Shown: positions 12,301 through 24,366, numbered from the stretch's first letter. The stretch: DNA of 64,000 bases from an uncultured Planctomycetaceae bacterium (GCA_963785305.1 CAWAUV010000007.1:1056001-1120000), one strand, 5' to 3'. The notes: generated by a model from the letters alone, not told the origin. Translations and numbers: made by a program.

Positions 12301-12717
12301 ATGGATTTCGTCGTTGACCTTGCGTTCGCCGGCGCCGCTTTCCCAGGCGGGAAAGGCCTCGGCCGGCCGCTGGGTAAAGAGGGCCAAGTCGCCCGACACT
12401 TCGTCGATATCGTCGCCATGGGGGCAGACGATCACGAGCATTCGGGGCGCCCGCTCCGCGAGGGCGGCGGCCACCAGCGCGCAGCTCGACCCCCACACCC
12501 CGTCGAGATTGGCGCCGTGGCCCGCCTCGAGGCTCGCCACGGCCGCGGCGAAACTCTGCTGGGCCGAAAGCCGAGCCGGCAAGGCACGGAGCCGCGCTTC
12601 AGCTTCGCCAGTGTCCTGGCCGCCGGGCGCGTTTGGCTCGCGGTTTGGGCCGGCGCGGCCTACTTGATCGGGGGGTGTTTTACGGACGTCGGAATCGCTC
12701 TGCGTGGCGAGATTCAT
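9378..12717 (-). CDS. mfd: Transcription-repair coupling factor (frameshift near 9520)
   Basis: GDVGFGKT, DEEQRFGV, TATPIPRT, QLRGRVGR and DLELRGAGN motifs. The true C-terminus ...IKSMLRPE* (TAG 9378-9380) is in another frame. Confidence 0.97.
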
Positions 12718-13055
12718 GCCGTGAGGATTGTAGGGCCCCGCGGGCGCCCAGGGGAATCAGCGCCTCGCGGGCGCCCCGCCGCGCCGCCGCGCCACGGCTC
12801 GCAAATCCGGTCGGCCCGCTCAACGCACAAACTCGCGACTTGCGAGCGAGGCTGCCCCAATATCGGAATACGTGGAAAAACACGTCGTCAAATATCGCTC
12901 GGCGGTGGCATTGCGACACAAACTTACGGTTTTGCACACCCCGTAACCTAAATTGAAATAGTTTCCTAGTTTTTGTTATCGCTCGTGCGCCCCCCGCCCA
13001 GGGCATTGTCCGGCGAGACGAAAAATTCCAGAACACAAACATCAACTCGCGAACC

Positions 13056-14693
13056 ATGATTCACGCAACGGCGCTCAATTGGCAGACGATGGCCACCCAG
13101 CCCGCGCTCGGATTGTCGGCGCCGCCGATTCCCGCCGCCGTGGTGGCGGTGCAAGACGAATTGCGCCGCTGGCTGCCGGGCAGCTTTGTCGTGGTCGATG
13201 CGGACACAGGCGCCGTGCTGGGCGACTGCCCACGGCTGGTCACGCTCGACGCCTGGGAATGGTGGCGCGATCTGGCTCGCGCCGCCACCCTCCGCGGCAA
13301 GCCGGAACTGCTCGACGAGATTGGGCCGGTCGGTATTTTTGCCGCCCCGCTTCCGCGGGCCGCTTCGACGCCTTGGGTGGCGGTGGGCATCGCGCCGATT
13401 CGCGCTGCCCGGGCCGATGAATCGCTCGCTCCGGTGGCCCAGCTTTTAGGCGCGAGCGACGAAGCCGCCGCCCGCTGGCTCGCGGAACATGAGTCGATGT
13501 CCCCCGCCGCATTCGCCCGGTTGGCCGTGTTGGTCGCCGCCAAGATCGAATCGGACCTGGCCTGCCAAAACCTGCAAAACGAAGCCGACGCGCTCGCGGT
13601 GCAGCTCACCGCGCAGCACGAGGAAATCGGCCTGCTCTATCGCCTGACCCAAAACCTCAAGCTCACGCGACGCAAGGATGAATTGTGTCGCCTAGCGCTC
13701 GACTGGCTGGCCGATGTGCTGCCGGCTCGGGCAATCGCGATTCAACTCGCGCCGACCGGCGAGATGGGGCCGGTCCACAAACCCGGCCATGATTCGTCGC
13801 TCTGGCTCACCCGCGGCGACGCCCCGCTGTCGAGCGAGGAATTCTCGAAACTGATCGAGCATTTGGGCCTGGATCGCGAGACGCATTCCACCGCGATGCA
13901 TGCGCCGATCGGCGCCGACACGGCTTGGCCCCAGGCCAATGTGCGGCAAATGCTGGTCGCGCCCCTGGGCGAGGGACCGCATTTGTTTGGCTACTTGGCC
14001 GCGTTCAATCATGTCGACGACGCGGAGTTCGGGGCGGTCGAAAGCAATCTCATGAGCTCCGTGGCCGCCATTCTCGGCATCCACGGCGGCAATATCGAGC
14101 TCTATCGCCAGCAACGCGAATTCCTGGCCGGCGTGGTGCGCGCCCTGACCTCGGCCATCGACGCCAAGGACTCCTATACCTGCGGCCATAGCGAACGCGT
14201 GGCCGATGTGGCGGTGCAGATCGGCCGCGAATTGGCCTTCGACAAAGAACAGCTCAGCACCCTCTACCTCTCCGGGTTGCTCCACGATATCGGCAAGATC
14301 GGCATCGACAATCAGGTGCTCAACAAGCCGGGCCCGCTCACGCCCGAGGAATTCGAGCACATCAAGACCCATTCCGAAATCGGCTACCGGATATTGAAAG
14401 ACCTCAAGCAGCTCGATCAAGTGCTGCCGGTCGTATTGCATCACCACGAGCAGTGGGACGGCCGAGGCTACCCGCGCCAGCTCGCGGGGGAAGATATCCC
14501 GCTTTTGGCGCGCATCGTGGCGGTGGCCGACGCGTTCGACGCGATGGGCAGCGACCGGCCTTATCGGCCGGGCATGAACTGGGAAAAAATTCGCGGCATT
14601 TTCGCCGCCGGCGCGGGCAAGCAGTGGGACGCCCAGATCGTCGAGGCCTTCATGCGCACCCGAGTAAAGCTTGCCGGCCGACCGACGCCCTGA
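13056..14693 (+). CDS. GAF + HD-GYP c-di-GMP phosphodiesterase-family protein
   Basis: HSERV, LHDIGKIG, HHHEQWDGRGYP and VADAFDAM..DRPYR motifs. Confidence 0.92.
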   Translation: MIHATALNWQTMATQPALGLSAPPIPAAVVAVQDELRRWLPGSFVVVDADTGAVLGDCPRLVTLDAWEWWRDLARAATLRGKPELLDEIGPVGIFAAPLPRAASTPWVAVGIAPIRAARADESLAPVAQLLGASDEAAARWLAEHESMSPAAFARLAVLVAAKIESDLACQNLQNEADALAVQLTAQHEEIGLLYRLTQNLKLTRRKDELCRLALDWLADVLPARAIAIQLAPTGEMGPVHKPGHDSSLWLTRGDAPLSSEEFSKLIEHLGLDRETHSTAMHAPIGADTAWPQANVRQMLVAPLGEGPHLFGYLAAFNHVDDAEFGAVESNLMSSVAAILGIHGGNIELYRQQREFLAGVVRALTSAIDAKDSYTCGHSERVADVAVQIGRELAFDKEQLSTLYLSGLLHDIGKIGIDNQVLNKPGPLTPEEFEHIKTHSEIGYRILKDLKQLDQVLPVVLHHHEQWDGRGYPRQLAGEDIPLLARIVAVADAFDAMGSDRPYRPGMNWEKIRGIFAAGAGKQWDAQIVEAFMRTRVKLAGRPTP

Positions 14694-14809
14694 GCGACGC
14701 GGCGGTTGAAGCGGTCTCTCCTCGCTTTTTCTTGGTTGAAGCAGGTCAGACTCCGCTTCTTCGGAAACATGCGGCGAGACGCCGCATCTACTTTGCGAGA
14801 GGAACACGC

Positions 14810-14905
14810 ATGCTGATCTATCTGACGACCTGCGACCTGCTGGTGATCGGGGCGTTTTCCACGCTCGTGGCCGCCTATTTCGTGGCGTTTATCGTGGTGC
14901 GCTAA
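14810..14905 (+). CDS. Putative 31-aa single-helix membrane microprotein
   Basis: GAGAGG RBS-like sequence shortly before the ATG; MLIYLTTCDLLVIGAFSTLVAAYFVAFIVVR*. Confidence 0.5.
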   Translation: MLIYLTTCDLLVIGAFSTLVAAYFVAFIVVR

Positions 14906-15213
14906 ACCGTCGGCGTGCATTCTCGCTCGCGCTATGACGACTGGGGTTCGTGATTGGGGTTATAGGCGCGAATCCGATTGTGCGGGCACTTGGCGGTCGC
15001 CCGCGAAGATTAAACTTTCGCGAAAGCCTTGATTCCCGGGCGAAGTGTGAATAGGGTGGAACTCAGGCATTTTCGCTAACCGCCGCCGGGAACAGACCTC
15101 TTTGAGAGGTGCGCGGCGTTTTATTTCGCTCTCGAGGGTCCTCGCGACCGCTCCGGGAGTAGTTTCACGCATTCTATGCGGTCCGAGCACTTTTTGATCT
15201 CGGCTGATCGCCT

Positions 15214-16372
15214 ATGAATTCGATCTTGCGACTGCGACTATTGGGCCGTCGGCATGCTCGCCGGCGACGTTCGGGTCGCCAAGTTTCCCTGCACCGAGTT
15301 CTCGGCGGTCTCGCATGCGGCGGCGCTCCGCGGCTCTCGGCGTGGGCAATGTTCGCCGCGCTCCTGGCCGCCGCGCTGGGAGAAAGCCCTCGCGCGTCGG
15401 CCGACACGATCGTTGACTTCAACACGAATTTCGGGACGATCGAAGTCGCGCTGTACGACAACGCCAACCCGACCACGGTGGCGAATTTCTTGAACTATGT
15501 GACTGCGGGCACCTACACCAATAGCATTGTCCACCGTTCGGCCAACATTGACTCCACCAATGGGGCAAACGATATCGTGCAGGGCGGCGGCTTTAACACG
15601 AGCTTCAATTCGATCACTCCGACAAACGCGCAAGGCATCGGTTTGGTCTACAACGCTCCCAACGTCGCGGGCACGCTCGCCATGGCGAGCACCAGCGCGG
15701 CGAACTCCGAAACGACGCAGTGGTATTTCAATGTTAACAACAATAGCAGCGGTCTCGATCCTAATTATTCAGTGTTCGGCAATATCATCAGTGGCATGAA
15801 TGTGCTCAACACGATCGCGGCGCTTCCGACCTACAGTTTCGGCGGCGCGTTTACGAATTTGCCGCTGCAAAACTATTCGACAACCGATCTAAATAACAAC
15901 GTTACGCCGACGACGAACAATCTGGTGGTGGTCAACAGCATCACCGAATCTGGGAGCTACCAGCCGCTCTGGCAGAATTCGACGAATCGATTCGATGTGT
16001 TGGGCATCGGCAAAGCATCGCCGGGCGGAGTGCTGGCAATCGTCCAGTACCTGGAGCAAAACAACGCCGCGGGCACGAACGATTATGTCCAACTCGCTTC
16101 GACTTACGCCTCCGGCAAGCCCTATTACGATGTCGATGGCGATGGTTTCGTCACGGCTCAAGACGCCACGCAATTGATCTCCCAGCTCAATAACGCCTCG
16201 ACCGCCGCGCTCTATAGCTCGGCCAGCGGCGCGATGATGCTCATGCGCCGTGCCCGAGCCATCGAGCGTCGTGATGCTGGGGCTGGGCGCCGGCGCCCTG
16301 GCGGGTTGGTTGCTCGTTCGGCGCCGCCGCGTTAAGGTAGCGGTCTCCCGGCGTCGCCCGGCTTTGTCTTGA
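15214..16372 (+). CDS. Secreted cyclophilin-type PPIase with dockerin-like domain and PEP-CTERM (frameshift near 16245)
   Basis: TVANFLNYV, VHRS, VQGGG, GTLAMA and YSVFG motifs; YYDVDGDGFVTAQDA dockerin-like repeat; VPEPSSVVMLGLGAGALAGWLLVRRRR starts at 16250 in a shifted frame. Confidence 0.85.
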
Positions 16373-16454
16373 GCATCGCCGGACGCCGGCGGCTCATACA
16401 AAATTCGACCTATGTTCCCACCCAGGGCTCGCAAGACGCCCTTTTTTGATTTTG

Positions 16455-18428
16455 ATGGCGAGCTTTCAACATTTCCGTATTCAACGCTCGACACGCTGGG
16501 CGATCGCGCTACTGGGGATCGTGCTTCCGGCGATGTTCGGCGGCGCCGCCGGAACCTCGCTGGCCGATGAAGGGGCCGTGGCCGGCTATCAGGACTACGC
16601 CGCCCTGACCGCCGCCGTGCGGAAGCTGGAAGCCTCGCCGCTGGTGAAAGTCCGCTCGCTTGGCAGCACCCGCGGCGGACGCGAAATTTGGCTCCTCACA
16701 CTTTCGGCAAGCCGGCCCGGCGCCCAAAAACCCGGCGAAAATAAACCTGGCGAAAATAAGCCCGACGATAAGCCGGCGATTCTCGTCGTCGGCAGCGCGC
16801 ATGCCCCGCAGTTGCTCGGCTCGGAGCTCGCGATCCGCATGGCCGAGCGTTTGGTCGCCCTGGCGGCGGCGCCGGCCGATGCGCCCGACGAGCTCCATGC
16901 CACGGCCGCCGACCGGGCTCGCGCGCGGGAGTTGCTCGCCCGGCACACGATCTACCTCATTCCCCGGCCCAATCCCGACGCGAGCGAGGCATTCTTCCAA
17001 CGTCCCTATGAAGAACTGCGCCGCCAACGACACGCCGACCGACGACGACCGCGACGGCCGCCTCAACGAAGACCCCCACGAAGACCTCGATGGCGATGGC
17101 TGGATCACGTCGCTGCGAGTGGAAGACCCCGCCGGCGATTTCGCGCCGCTGGTCTCCGACCTGCGCGTGCTGGTTAAAGCCGATCATGCGAAGAACGAGC
17201 CCGGACGCTACCGGTTTTTTTCCGAAGGCATCGACAACGATCTCGACGAAATGTTCAACGAAGACCCGGCCGGCGGGGTTTCGTTCGACCGCAACTTCAC
17301 GTTTCAATATCCGTTTTTCAAGCCCGGCGCCGGCTCCCATCAGGTCTCGGAAATCGAATCGCGGGCCGTGGCCGACTTCGCCTTCACGCATCTCAACATC
17401 GCGCTCGTGTTTTCCTTCGGGCTCGAAGACAATCTGATCGAGCCCTGGAAGAAGGGCGAGGAAACCACCTTTCGCAAGACCGCTCCTCCGGCCGCCGACG
17501 CCGAGCGATTGGCATTCCTAGCCAAGCAGTTCCGCGAGCTCGGAGCCCCGGCCGGCCCCGCGGGCTCGATTCCGGGCGAAGGCTCGTTTGCCCGCTGGGC
17601 CTATTTTCATTTCGGCCGCTGGTCGCTGGTCTCGCGCGGCTGGTGGATTCCGCCTAGTGACGCGAAAAACCATGACGCCAAAAACCATGACGCCAAACCG
17701 GGCGAACCGAAACCGGGCGATATAAAGCCGAGCGCCGTCGAGGCGAACGCCCCACCCGCGAAAGACGCTTCCTCGAACGACCATGCCTCGAATGACACCA
17801 CGGCAAAGGCCGAAGCCAAACCCGGCGAGCGAGAGAAGCCGAAAGAAACCGACAAACGCGGGGCCGACGACACAAGCGCGCTCGCTTGGTTGTGCGCGAA
17901 AACATCGCCGGATTTGTCCCTTGGAAGCCGATCGAACATCCCGACTTTCCTGGTCGCCGCGTGGAAGCGGGCGGGTTCAAGCCGTTTTTGAGAATGAACC
18001 CGCCGGCCGAGGAGCTCGATCCGCTTGCCCGGCGCCACGGCGACTTTTTACTTCATTTGGCCGACTACCTGCCGCGAGTGGCGATCGAGCAAGTCAAAGT
18101 CGATCCGCTCGGCGAAGGCGTGGTCAGGGTTACGGTGAAGGTCATCAACCGCGGCTACTTGCCCACGGCGCCAGCGATTGCAGAAATGTCGCGGCAGCAC
18201 CATCCGGTGCAGATCAAGCTCGAAGCGCCTGAAGGCACGAAATTCATCACCGGCTACCCGCGCACCCAACTCGACACGCTGGCCGGCTCGGGAGGGGCGG
18301 CCGAAAAGACATATCTGCTTCGCCTATCCGCCGGCAAACACGAGCCCGCTCCCGAGAAGCGCCGGCTCACGGCGCGGGCCTATTCGCCTTCGATCGGCGA
18401 AGACTCACAAACGGTTGAATTGCCATGA
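16455..18428 (+). CDS. M14 zinc carboxypeptidase-like protein with degenerate Zn ligands (two frameshifts)
   Basis: GSTRGGREIW, KPAILVVGSAHAPQ, NPD and DRNF motifs plus DxDxDG repeats; three frames joined. Confidence 0.8.
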
Positions 18429-20203
18429 AAGCACATTGCTTGCGAGACACTCTTCGCTTCGCCATCGCCGTGTGCGGCCTTTGCGCGTTGCTTGCGACCC
18501 CGAGCTTTACCGCCGAGCCGGCGCCGCCGGTCAAACGCGTCTATCAACCGCAAGGCGCTCCGGTCGATCCGAAGGTTCCCTCGCGTTGGAACCACTATCG
18601 TGACCATGCCGAGATCACGCGGTTCGTCCAACAGTTGGCCGCCGCGCACCCCGAGCATTGCCGGCTGACGACCTTGGGCAAGTCCTATGGCGGTCGCGAA
18701 ATGTGGCTACTCACGATCAGCAACTTCGCCACCGGACCCGAAAGCGAAAAGCCGGCTTTTTGGATCGACGCTGGCATTCATGCCAATGAGATTCAAGGCG
18801 CCGAAGTCGCGCTCTACACGGCTTGGTATTTGCTCGAATGCCATGGCCGCCAAGAAGCGATCACGCGGCTGCTCGACGAGCGGGTATTTTACATCCTGCC
18901 GCTTTTGAGCCCCGACTCGCGCGATGCGCATCTAAATGAACCCAACAGCACCCATTCACCGCGCACCGGCCAGCGTCCGCGCGACGACGACCACGACGGC
19001 CTTGTCGACGAAGACGGCCCCGATGATCTGGACCACGACGGCAACATCACCGAAATGCGCATTCCCGACGCGCATGGCCGATGGAAATCGCATCCCGACT
19101 ATCCGCAGTGGATGATTCCTTGCAAGCCCGACGAGCCCGGCCAATATACGCTGATCGAGAGCGAAGGCTTCGACAACGATGGCGACGGCAAGATCGACGA
19201 AGACGGCGAAGGCGAATACGACCCGAATCGCAACTGGCCCTGGGACTGGTATCCGGCCGGCTGCCAGTTTGGAGCCGATCGCTATCCGCTTTCGATAGAA
19301 GAAGACCGAATGGCGGCCGACTTTATTCTCGCGCATCCGAACATCGCGGGGGTGCAGTCGTATCACAATGCCGGCGGCATGATCCTTCGCCCGCCCGGCT
19401 CCAAGAACGAGAAGCTTCCCCAGGCCGATCTCGAAGTATTCAAACTGCTGGGCCGCAAAGGCGAACAAATGCTGCCCGGCTACCACTCGATGGACACCGG
19501 CCAGGATCTCTACGAACTTAATGGCGGCGAGACCGAATATCTCTATGCGATGCGGGGTATTTTCAGCATCACCAACGAACTGTTCTCGGCCTTCGATCTC
19601 TTCGGCAAGAGCGGCGGAAAATTCGGCTACGGTCAAGAAGACGAACAGTTCCCGTTCAACAAGCTGCTGCTCCTGGGCGAAGGCTTCGTGCCTTGGCATG
19701 AGGTCGAGCATCCGCAGTTCGGCAAGATCGAAGTGGGCGGGTTCAAAAAGAACTGGCTCCGCCAGCCGCCGAGCTTTTTGCTCGAGGAAGAATGCCATCG
19801 CAACATGGCCTTCACGCTCTACCATGCCGATCAAATGCCGCGCGTGGAGCTCGACCCGCTCGAGGCGCGTCCGCTGGGCGATGGCCTGTTCGAAGTATCG
19901 GCCACGCTCCTCAATCTCAAGGTGATTCCCACCCATGCGGCGATCGACGTGGAGCGCAAGATCACGCCGCCCGACTTGGCCCGGCTCGAAGGACCGAATG
20001 TCCGCGTGCTGGCCGGACTCACCTCGCACGACAAGCTCTTCCAGGACCCCAGCGAGCAGAAACACGATCCGGCGGAGCTGCGTATCGAAACGCTCGCCGG
20101 CCAAAAGCCGGTGTATGTCCGGTGGATCGTCTCCGGCGCCGGGCCGTATACTGTCACGCTGCGAAGCGTCAAGGGCGGCGTCGCCCGGCGGACCGGTCCC
20201 TAG
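18425..20203 (+). CDS. M14 family zinc carboxypeptidase (secreted)
   Basis: GIHANE, DPNRNW and QSYHN motifs plus DxDxDG repeats; ATGA overlap with the upstream paralogue. Confidence 0.9.
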   Translation: MKAHCLRDTLRFAIAVCGLCALLATPSFTAEPAPPVKRVYQPQGAPVDPKVPSRWNHYRDHAEITRFVQQLAAAHPEHCRLTTLGKSYGGREMWLLTISNFATGPESEKPAFWIDAGIHANEIQGAEVALYTAWYLLECHGRQEAITRLLDERVFYILPLLSPDSRDAHLNEPNSTHSPRTGQRPRDDDHDGLVDEDGPDDLDHDGNITEMRIPDAHGRWKSHPDYPQWMIPCKPDEPGQYTLIESEGFDNDGDGKIDEDGEGEYDPNRNWPWDWYPAGCQFGADRYPLSIEEDRMAADFILAHPNIAGVQSYHNAGGMILRPPGSKNEKLPQADLEVFKLLGRKGEQMLPGYHSMDTGQDLYELNGGETEYLYAMRGIFSITNELFSAFDLFGKSGGKFGYGQEDEQFPFNKLLLLGEGFVPWHEVEHPQFGKIEVGGFKKNWLRQPPSFLLEEECHRNMAFTLYHADQMPRVELDPLEARPLGDGLFEVSATLLNLKVIPTHAAIDVERKITPPDLARLEGPNVRVLAGLTSHDKLFQDPSEQKHDPAELRIETLAGQKPVYVRWIVSGAGPYTVTLRSVKGGVARRTGP

Positions 20204-20259
20204 ATCGCGGCCTTCGAATTCAGGATGGAGCGCGGCGACCTTTTTCCTCGGAGCGACTC

Positions 20260-22099
20260 TTGGGGTATCGAACACTCGCCGAGTGCGTGTCTGATCTCGC
20301 GACCACGGGCCAACTTGTGCGCATCGACTCGCCGGTTGATGCCCGGCTCGAAGCCGCCGAGATTCAGCGCCGCGTTTATGCCGCGGGCGGGCCGGCGGTG
20401 CTGCTGTCGAACGTCGTCGGCTGCCAGTTCCCGATGGTCTGCAACCTCTTCGGCTCCGAGGCCCGCGCCAAGTTTATCTTTCGCGACACGCTCGACGATG
20501 TATGCCGGCTGGTCGAACTAAGGACCAATCCCGCCGCGGCTCGGCGAAGACCCTGGCGCTATTTGAAAGCGACTCGTGGGCTGGTGTCGATGCTCCCCAA
20601 GCCTGTGCGCACTGGCCCGGCGATCGCCAACCGCACAACCCTAGGCCAATTGCCGCAACTCGTCTCCTGGCCACGCGATGGCGGCGCCTTCGTCACGCTG
20701 CCCCAAGTCTATACCGAAGACCCCGATCAACCAGGGCTCGGTAAATCGAACTTGGGCATGTATCGGGTGCAAATCTCGGGCGGCCACTACGCTCCGGATC
20801 GCGAGGCCGGCCTGCACTATCAGATTCATCGCGGCATCGGCGTGCATCATGCGGCGGCGATCCGGCGCGGCGAACCGCTGCGGGTGAACGTGTTCGTCGG
20901 CGGCTCGCCGGCCATGACCGTCGCCGCCGTGATGCCGCTGCCCGAGGGACTTTCGGAGCTCGGCTTCGCCGGGGCGCTGGCCGGGCATCGCATTCCCATG
21001 ATCTCGCGCGGCGCCGATCCAGCAATTTACGCCGAAGCCGATTTTTGCATCGCCGGCGTTGTCCAGCCCGGTCGCATGTTGCCCGAGGGACCGTTTGGCG
21101 ATCACTTGGGCTATTACAGTTTGGCGCACGACTTTCCCGTGCTCACGGTCACGGGCGTGTATCATCGGCCCGGCGCGATCTGGCCGTTTACGGTCGTCGG
21201 ACGTCCGCCGCAAGAAGACACGGCGTTTGGCGCCCTGATCCACGAAATCACCGGGCCGGCCATTCCCACCGTGATTGCCGGCCTGAAGGCGGTGCATGCC
21301 ATCGACGCCGCGGGCGTTCACCCGTTGCTCCTCGCGATTGGCAGCGAGCGCTACACGCCTTATGCCCAGCGCGACCGGCCGCAAGAATTGCTCACCACCG
21401 CCAACGCGGTGCTCGGGCAGGGTCAACTATCGCTGGCCAAGTACCTGCTGATCGTGGCGCACGAAGACTGCCCGGCGCTCGACATTCAGCGCATCGACGA
21501 TTTCTTTCGCCATCTGCTCGAACGCGTCGATTGGCGCCGCGACTTGCACTTTCAAACCTCGACCACGATCGACACGCTCGATTACTCGGGCGCCGGTTTC
21601 AACCAAGGTTCAAAGTTGGTGATCGCGGCCGTGGGTCCCAAGCGGCGCGAGTTGCCGAGCGAGATTGGCGAGTGGAGCTTGCCCGAGGGATTTAGTCGGC
21701 CGCGCGTCTGCTTGCCGGGCGTGCTGGCCGTGAGCGGGCCCGCGCATGGCGACGACGCGGCGGCGGCCCAAGCGACGATCGCCCGGTTTTGCGACGCCTA
21801 TCGCCCCACCGATCCGATCGGCCGCTTTCCGCTGGTGGTCATCGTCGACGACAGCGAGTTCACGGCCGCGACCATGAACAATTTTCTTTGGGTCACTTTC
21901 ACGCGGAGCAATCCGGCGGTCGATGTGCGGGGCATCGGCGCTTCGATCCGTCACAAGCACTGGGGCGCCGAGGGGCCGCTGGTGATCGATGCCCGGGTGA
22001 AGCCGCATCACGCTCCGCCGCTGGTCGAAGACCCGGCGATCACGCGGCGCGTCGAACGCGCTCGCCGCGCCCGGCGGCCCGCTGCACGGAATTCTGTAG
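20260..22099 (+). CDS. UbiD-family (MqnL-like) prFMN-dependent decarboxylase
   Basis: NLGMYR, EGPFGDHLGYYS, GRPPQED and DTLDYS motifs. Likely TTG start at 20260; small frameshift near the C-terminus (...GPLHGIL* at 22099). Confidence 0.9.
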
Positions 22100-22145
22100 T
22101 AGCCGAACCGAAACCGCCCAAACCGCTCACGGCCCGAATTTCGAT

Positions 22146-22212
22146 CTTTTAACAGGCTGCTAGCAGTGGGGGGCGGTCAGCAGTCTGTTGGATATTTCAA
22201 CAAGCTGCTGAC
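22146..22212. repeat. Palindromic IS-end-like remnants (CAGCCTGTTGAA/TTCAACAGGCTG type)
   Basis: TTTTAACAGGCTGCTAG followed by GTCAGCAGTCTGTTG..CAACAAGCTGCTGAC; a related palindrome lies at 2703-2728. Confidence 0.45.
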
Positions 22213-22368
22213 TTTCGAGGGGTTTCCGGGTTTCCCACCGCCGCGGCGCGGTCTTGGCGGGCAGGGACCAATCTGCTACAAGTCGCCGCCTCAATGGGCG
22301 ACGCACCGTTCGCGCGCTTGCGCAACGCGCCCCGCAATTTAGTTCTCGTCGGCGGGATCAAATCAGGG

Positions 22369-24366
22369 ATGAACAACTTTGGCAGGGTGTTGAAGCTGTC
22401 GCTCCGGCATCGCGCAACGGTCGCCGCGGCAGTCGTTTGCGCGTTTTTGGTCGCGATCCTTTGGGGCGGCAATATCGGCGCCCTCTATCCGGTGGTCGAG
22501 GTCGTGTTTCAGGACCAGTCGGCCGGCCAGTACGTGCATGGCGAAATCGGTCGGATCGAAAAGAAAATCGCCGACTTTCGCGATGAAATCGCCCGCTTCG
22601 AAGCCGACAAGCAAGCCGCGGCGAGCGATTCCGAGCGCGCCGCGCTCGAGAATCGCATTCAATCCGTGAACCAACGAATCGACGCCGAAGACCGCGCCCT
22701 CGCGACCTACCGCTTTCTCGAACCCTATGCCTTTCGCCTGCTGCCGGGCAGTCCGTTTCAAACCCTGGCCGTGATCGTGGGCCTGATCGTGGTGAGCACG
22801 CTCGTCAAGAGCTTCTTCCACGCGATCAGTTCGATGCTGGTCGACCGGATCGCGCAGCTCACGATTTTCGATTTGCGAAAAGAATTCTTTCGCCGCACGC
22901 TGCGAATGGACCTGTCGAGCTTCAGCGAAACCGGGACCGCCGACCTCCTCTCTCGATTCACCAACGATCTGGAAGGCGTGGCCAATGGAATTCAAACCCT
23001 CTTCGGCCGCGCGGTGCGCGAGCCGTTGAAAATGGTCGCCTGCCTGGTGGGCGCCGCCTGGATTTGCTGGCGACTGCTCCTGCTCTCGCTGATCGTGGCG
23101 CCGCTGGCCGGTTTTCTGATCTCGCCTGGCCAAGACGCTCAAACGGGCCAATCGCCGCGCGATGGAAGAAGTGTCGTCGCTCTACAATATCCTCGTCGAA
23201 TCGTTCAACGGGGTGAAGGTCGTGAAGGCCTTTACCATGGAACGCTACGAACGCCGCCGCCTACACAACGCCAGCAAGAAGCTCTATCGCCGCTCGATGC
23301 GGATCGCCGTGTTCGACGGCCTGATCAATCCCGTGACCGAGCTGGTGGGCATTTGCATGATCTCGCTCGCGATCCTGGCCGGCGCGTATCTGGCGATCAA
23401 TCAGCACACGAGTCTGTTCGGCATTCATATCAGCGATCGGCCGCTCACGCTCGGTTCGCTTCTCATTTTTTATGGCATGCTCGCCGGCGTGAGCGATCCG
23501 GCGCGGAGAATCTCGGAAGTATTCAATCGGCTCCAGCGCGCTTCGGCCGCTAGCGACCGCGTGTTTCAACTGCTGGATCGCATTCCCAAAGTCGACGACG
23601 CCCCCACCGCTCGACCGATCAAGCGACATCATCTCGACCTCACGTTCGACGGCGTGCATTTCAGCTACGCGCAGGCGCGCCGGTGCTCGACGATATCCAT
23701 CTGCGGATCGGCCACGGCGAAACCGTGGCGCTGGTCGGGCCCAACGGCTGCGGCAAATCGACGCTCGTCAATCTGATTCCCCGCTTCTTCGATCCGACCG
23801 GGGGCTCGGTGCGACTCGATGGCCTCGACCTGCGCGAGGCTCGCCTGAAGGACCTGCGGAGGCAGATCGGCGTCGTCACCCAGGAGACGGTGCTGTTTGA
23901 CGACACGGTGCTCGCCAACATTCGCTACGGCGCCCCTCGCGCCACGCGCGAAGAAGTGATCGAAGCCGCCAAAAAAGCCCATGCCCATGGGTTCATCGAA
24001 CAGCGGCTCGAAAAGGGCTACGAAACGATGGTCGGCGCCCAGGGCCACCGGCTCTCGGGCGGACAACGTCAAAGGATTGCGCTGGCGCGAGCGATTTTGC
24101 GCGACCCGGCGATTCTAATTCTCGACGAAGCCACGAGCCAGATCGACATCGAGAGCGAGCAGCTTATTCATCAGGCGCTTGAGAAATTTGCCCGTGACCG
24201 CACCACCGTCATTATCACCCATCGCCTCGCCACGCTGGCTCTGGCGAATCGGATCGTGGTGATGGAGGGCGGCCGGATTGTCGATGTCGGCACGCACGAA
24301 CAGCTCATCAGCCGCTGCCGACTCTACCAAGGGCTGTACAAAATCGAGTTTAGCGAAGCGGCGTAG
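22369..24366 (+). CDS. MsbA-like ABC exporter, fused permease + ATPase (two frameshifts)
   Basis: TM domain with SRFTND, GPNGCGKST Walker A, LSGGQRQR signature and LILDEATS. Confidence 0.92.

Noticed and set aside
8824..12717. 1297-aa Mfd with a novel C-terminal extension
   Set aside because: The extension is frameshift read-through; the real end is at 9378.
19792..20259. Long N-terminal extensions of UbiD (and of UvrB 33492-34025 and UbiX 51776-52216)
   Set aside because: They overlap neighbouring genes and read as Arg/Pro-rich off-frame translation; family homology starts later.
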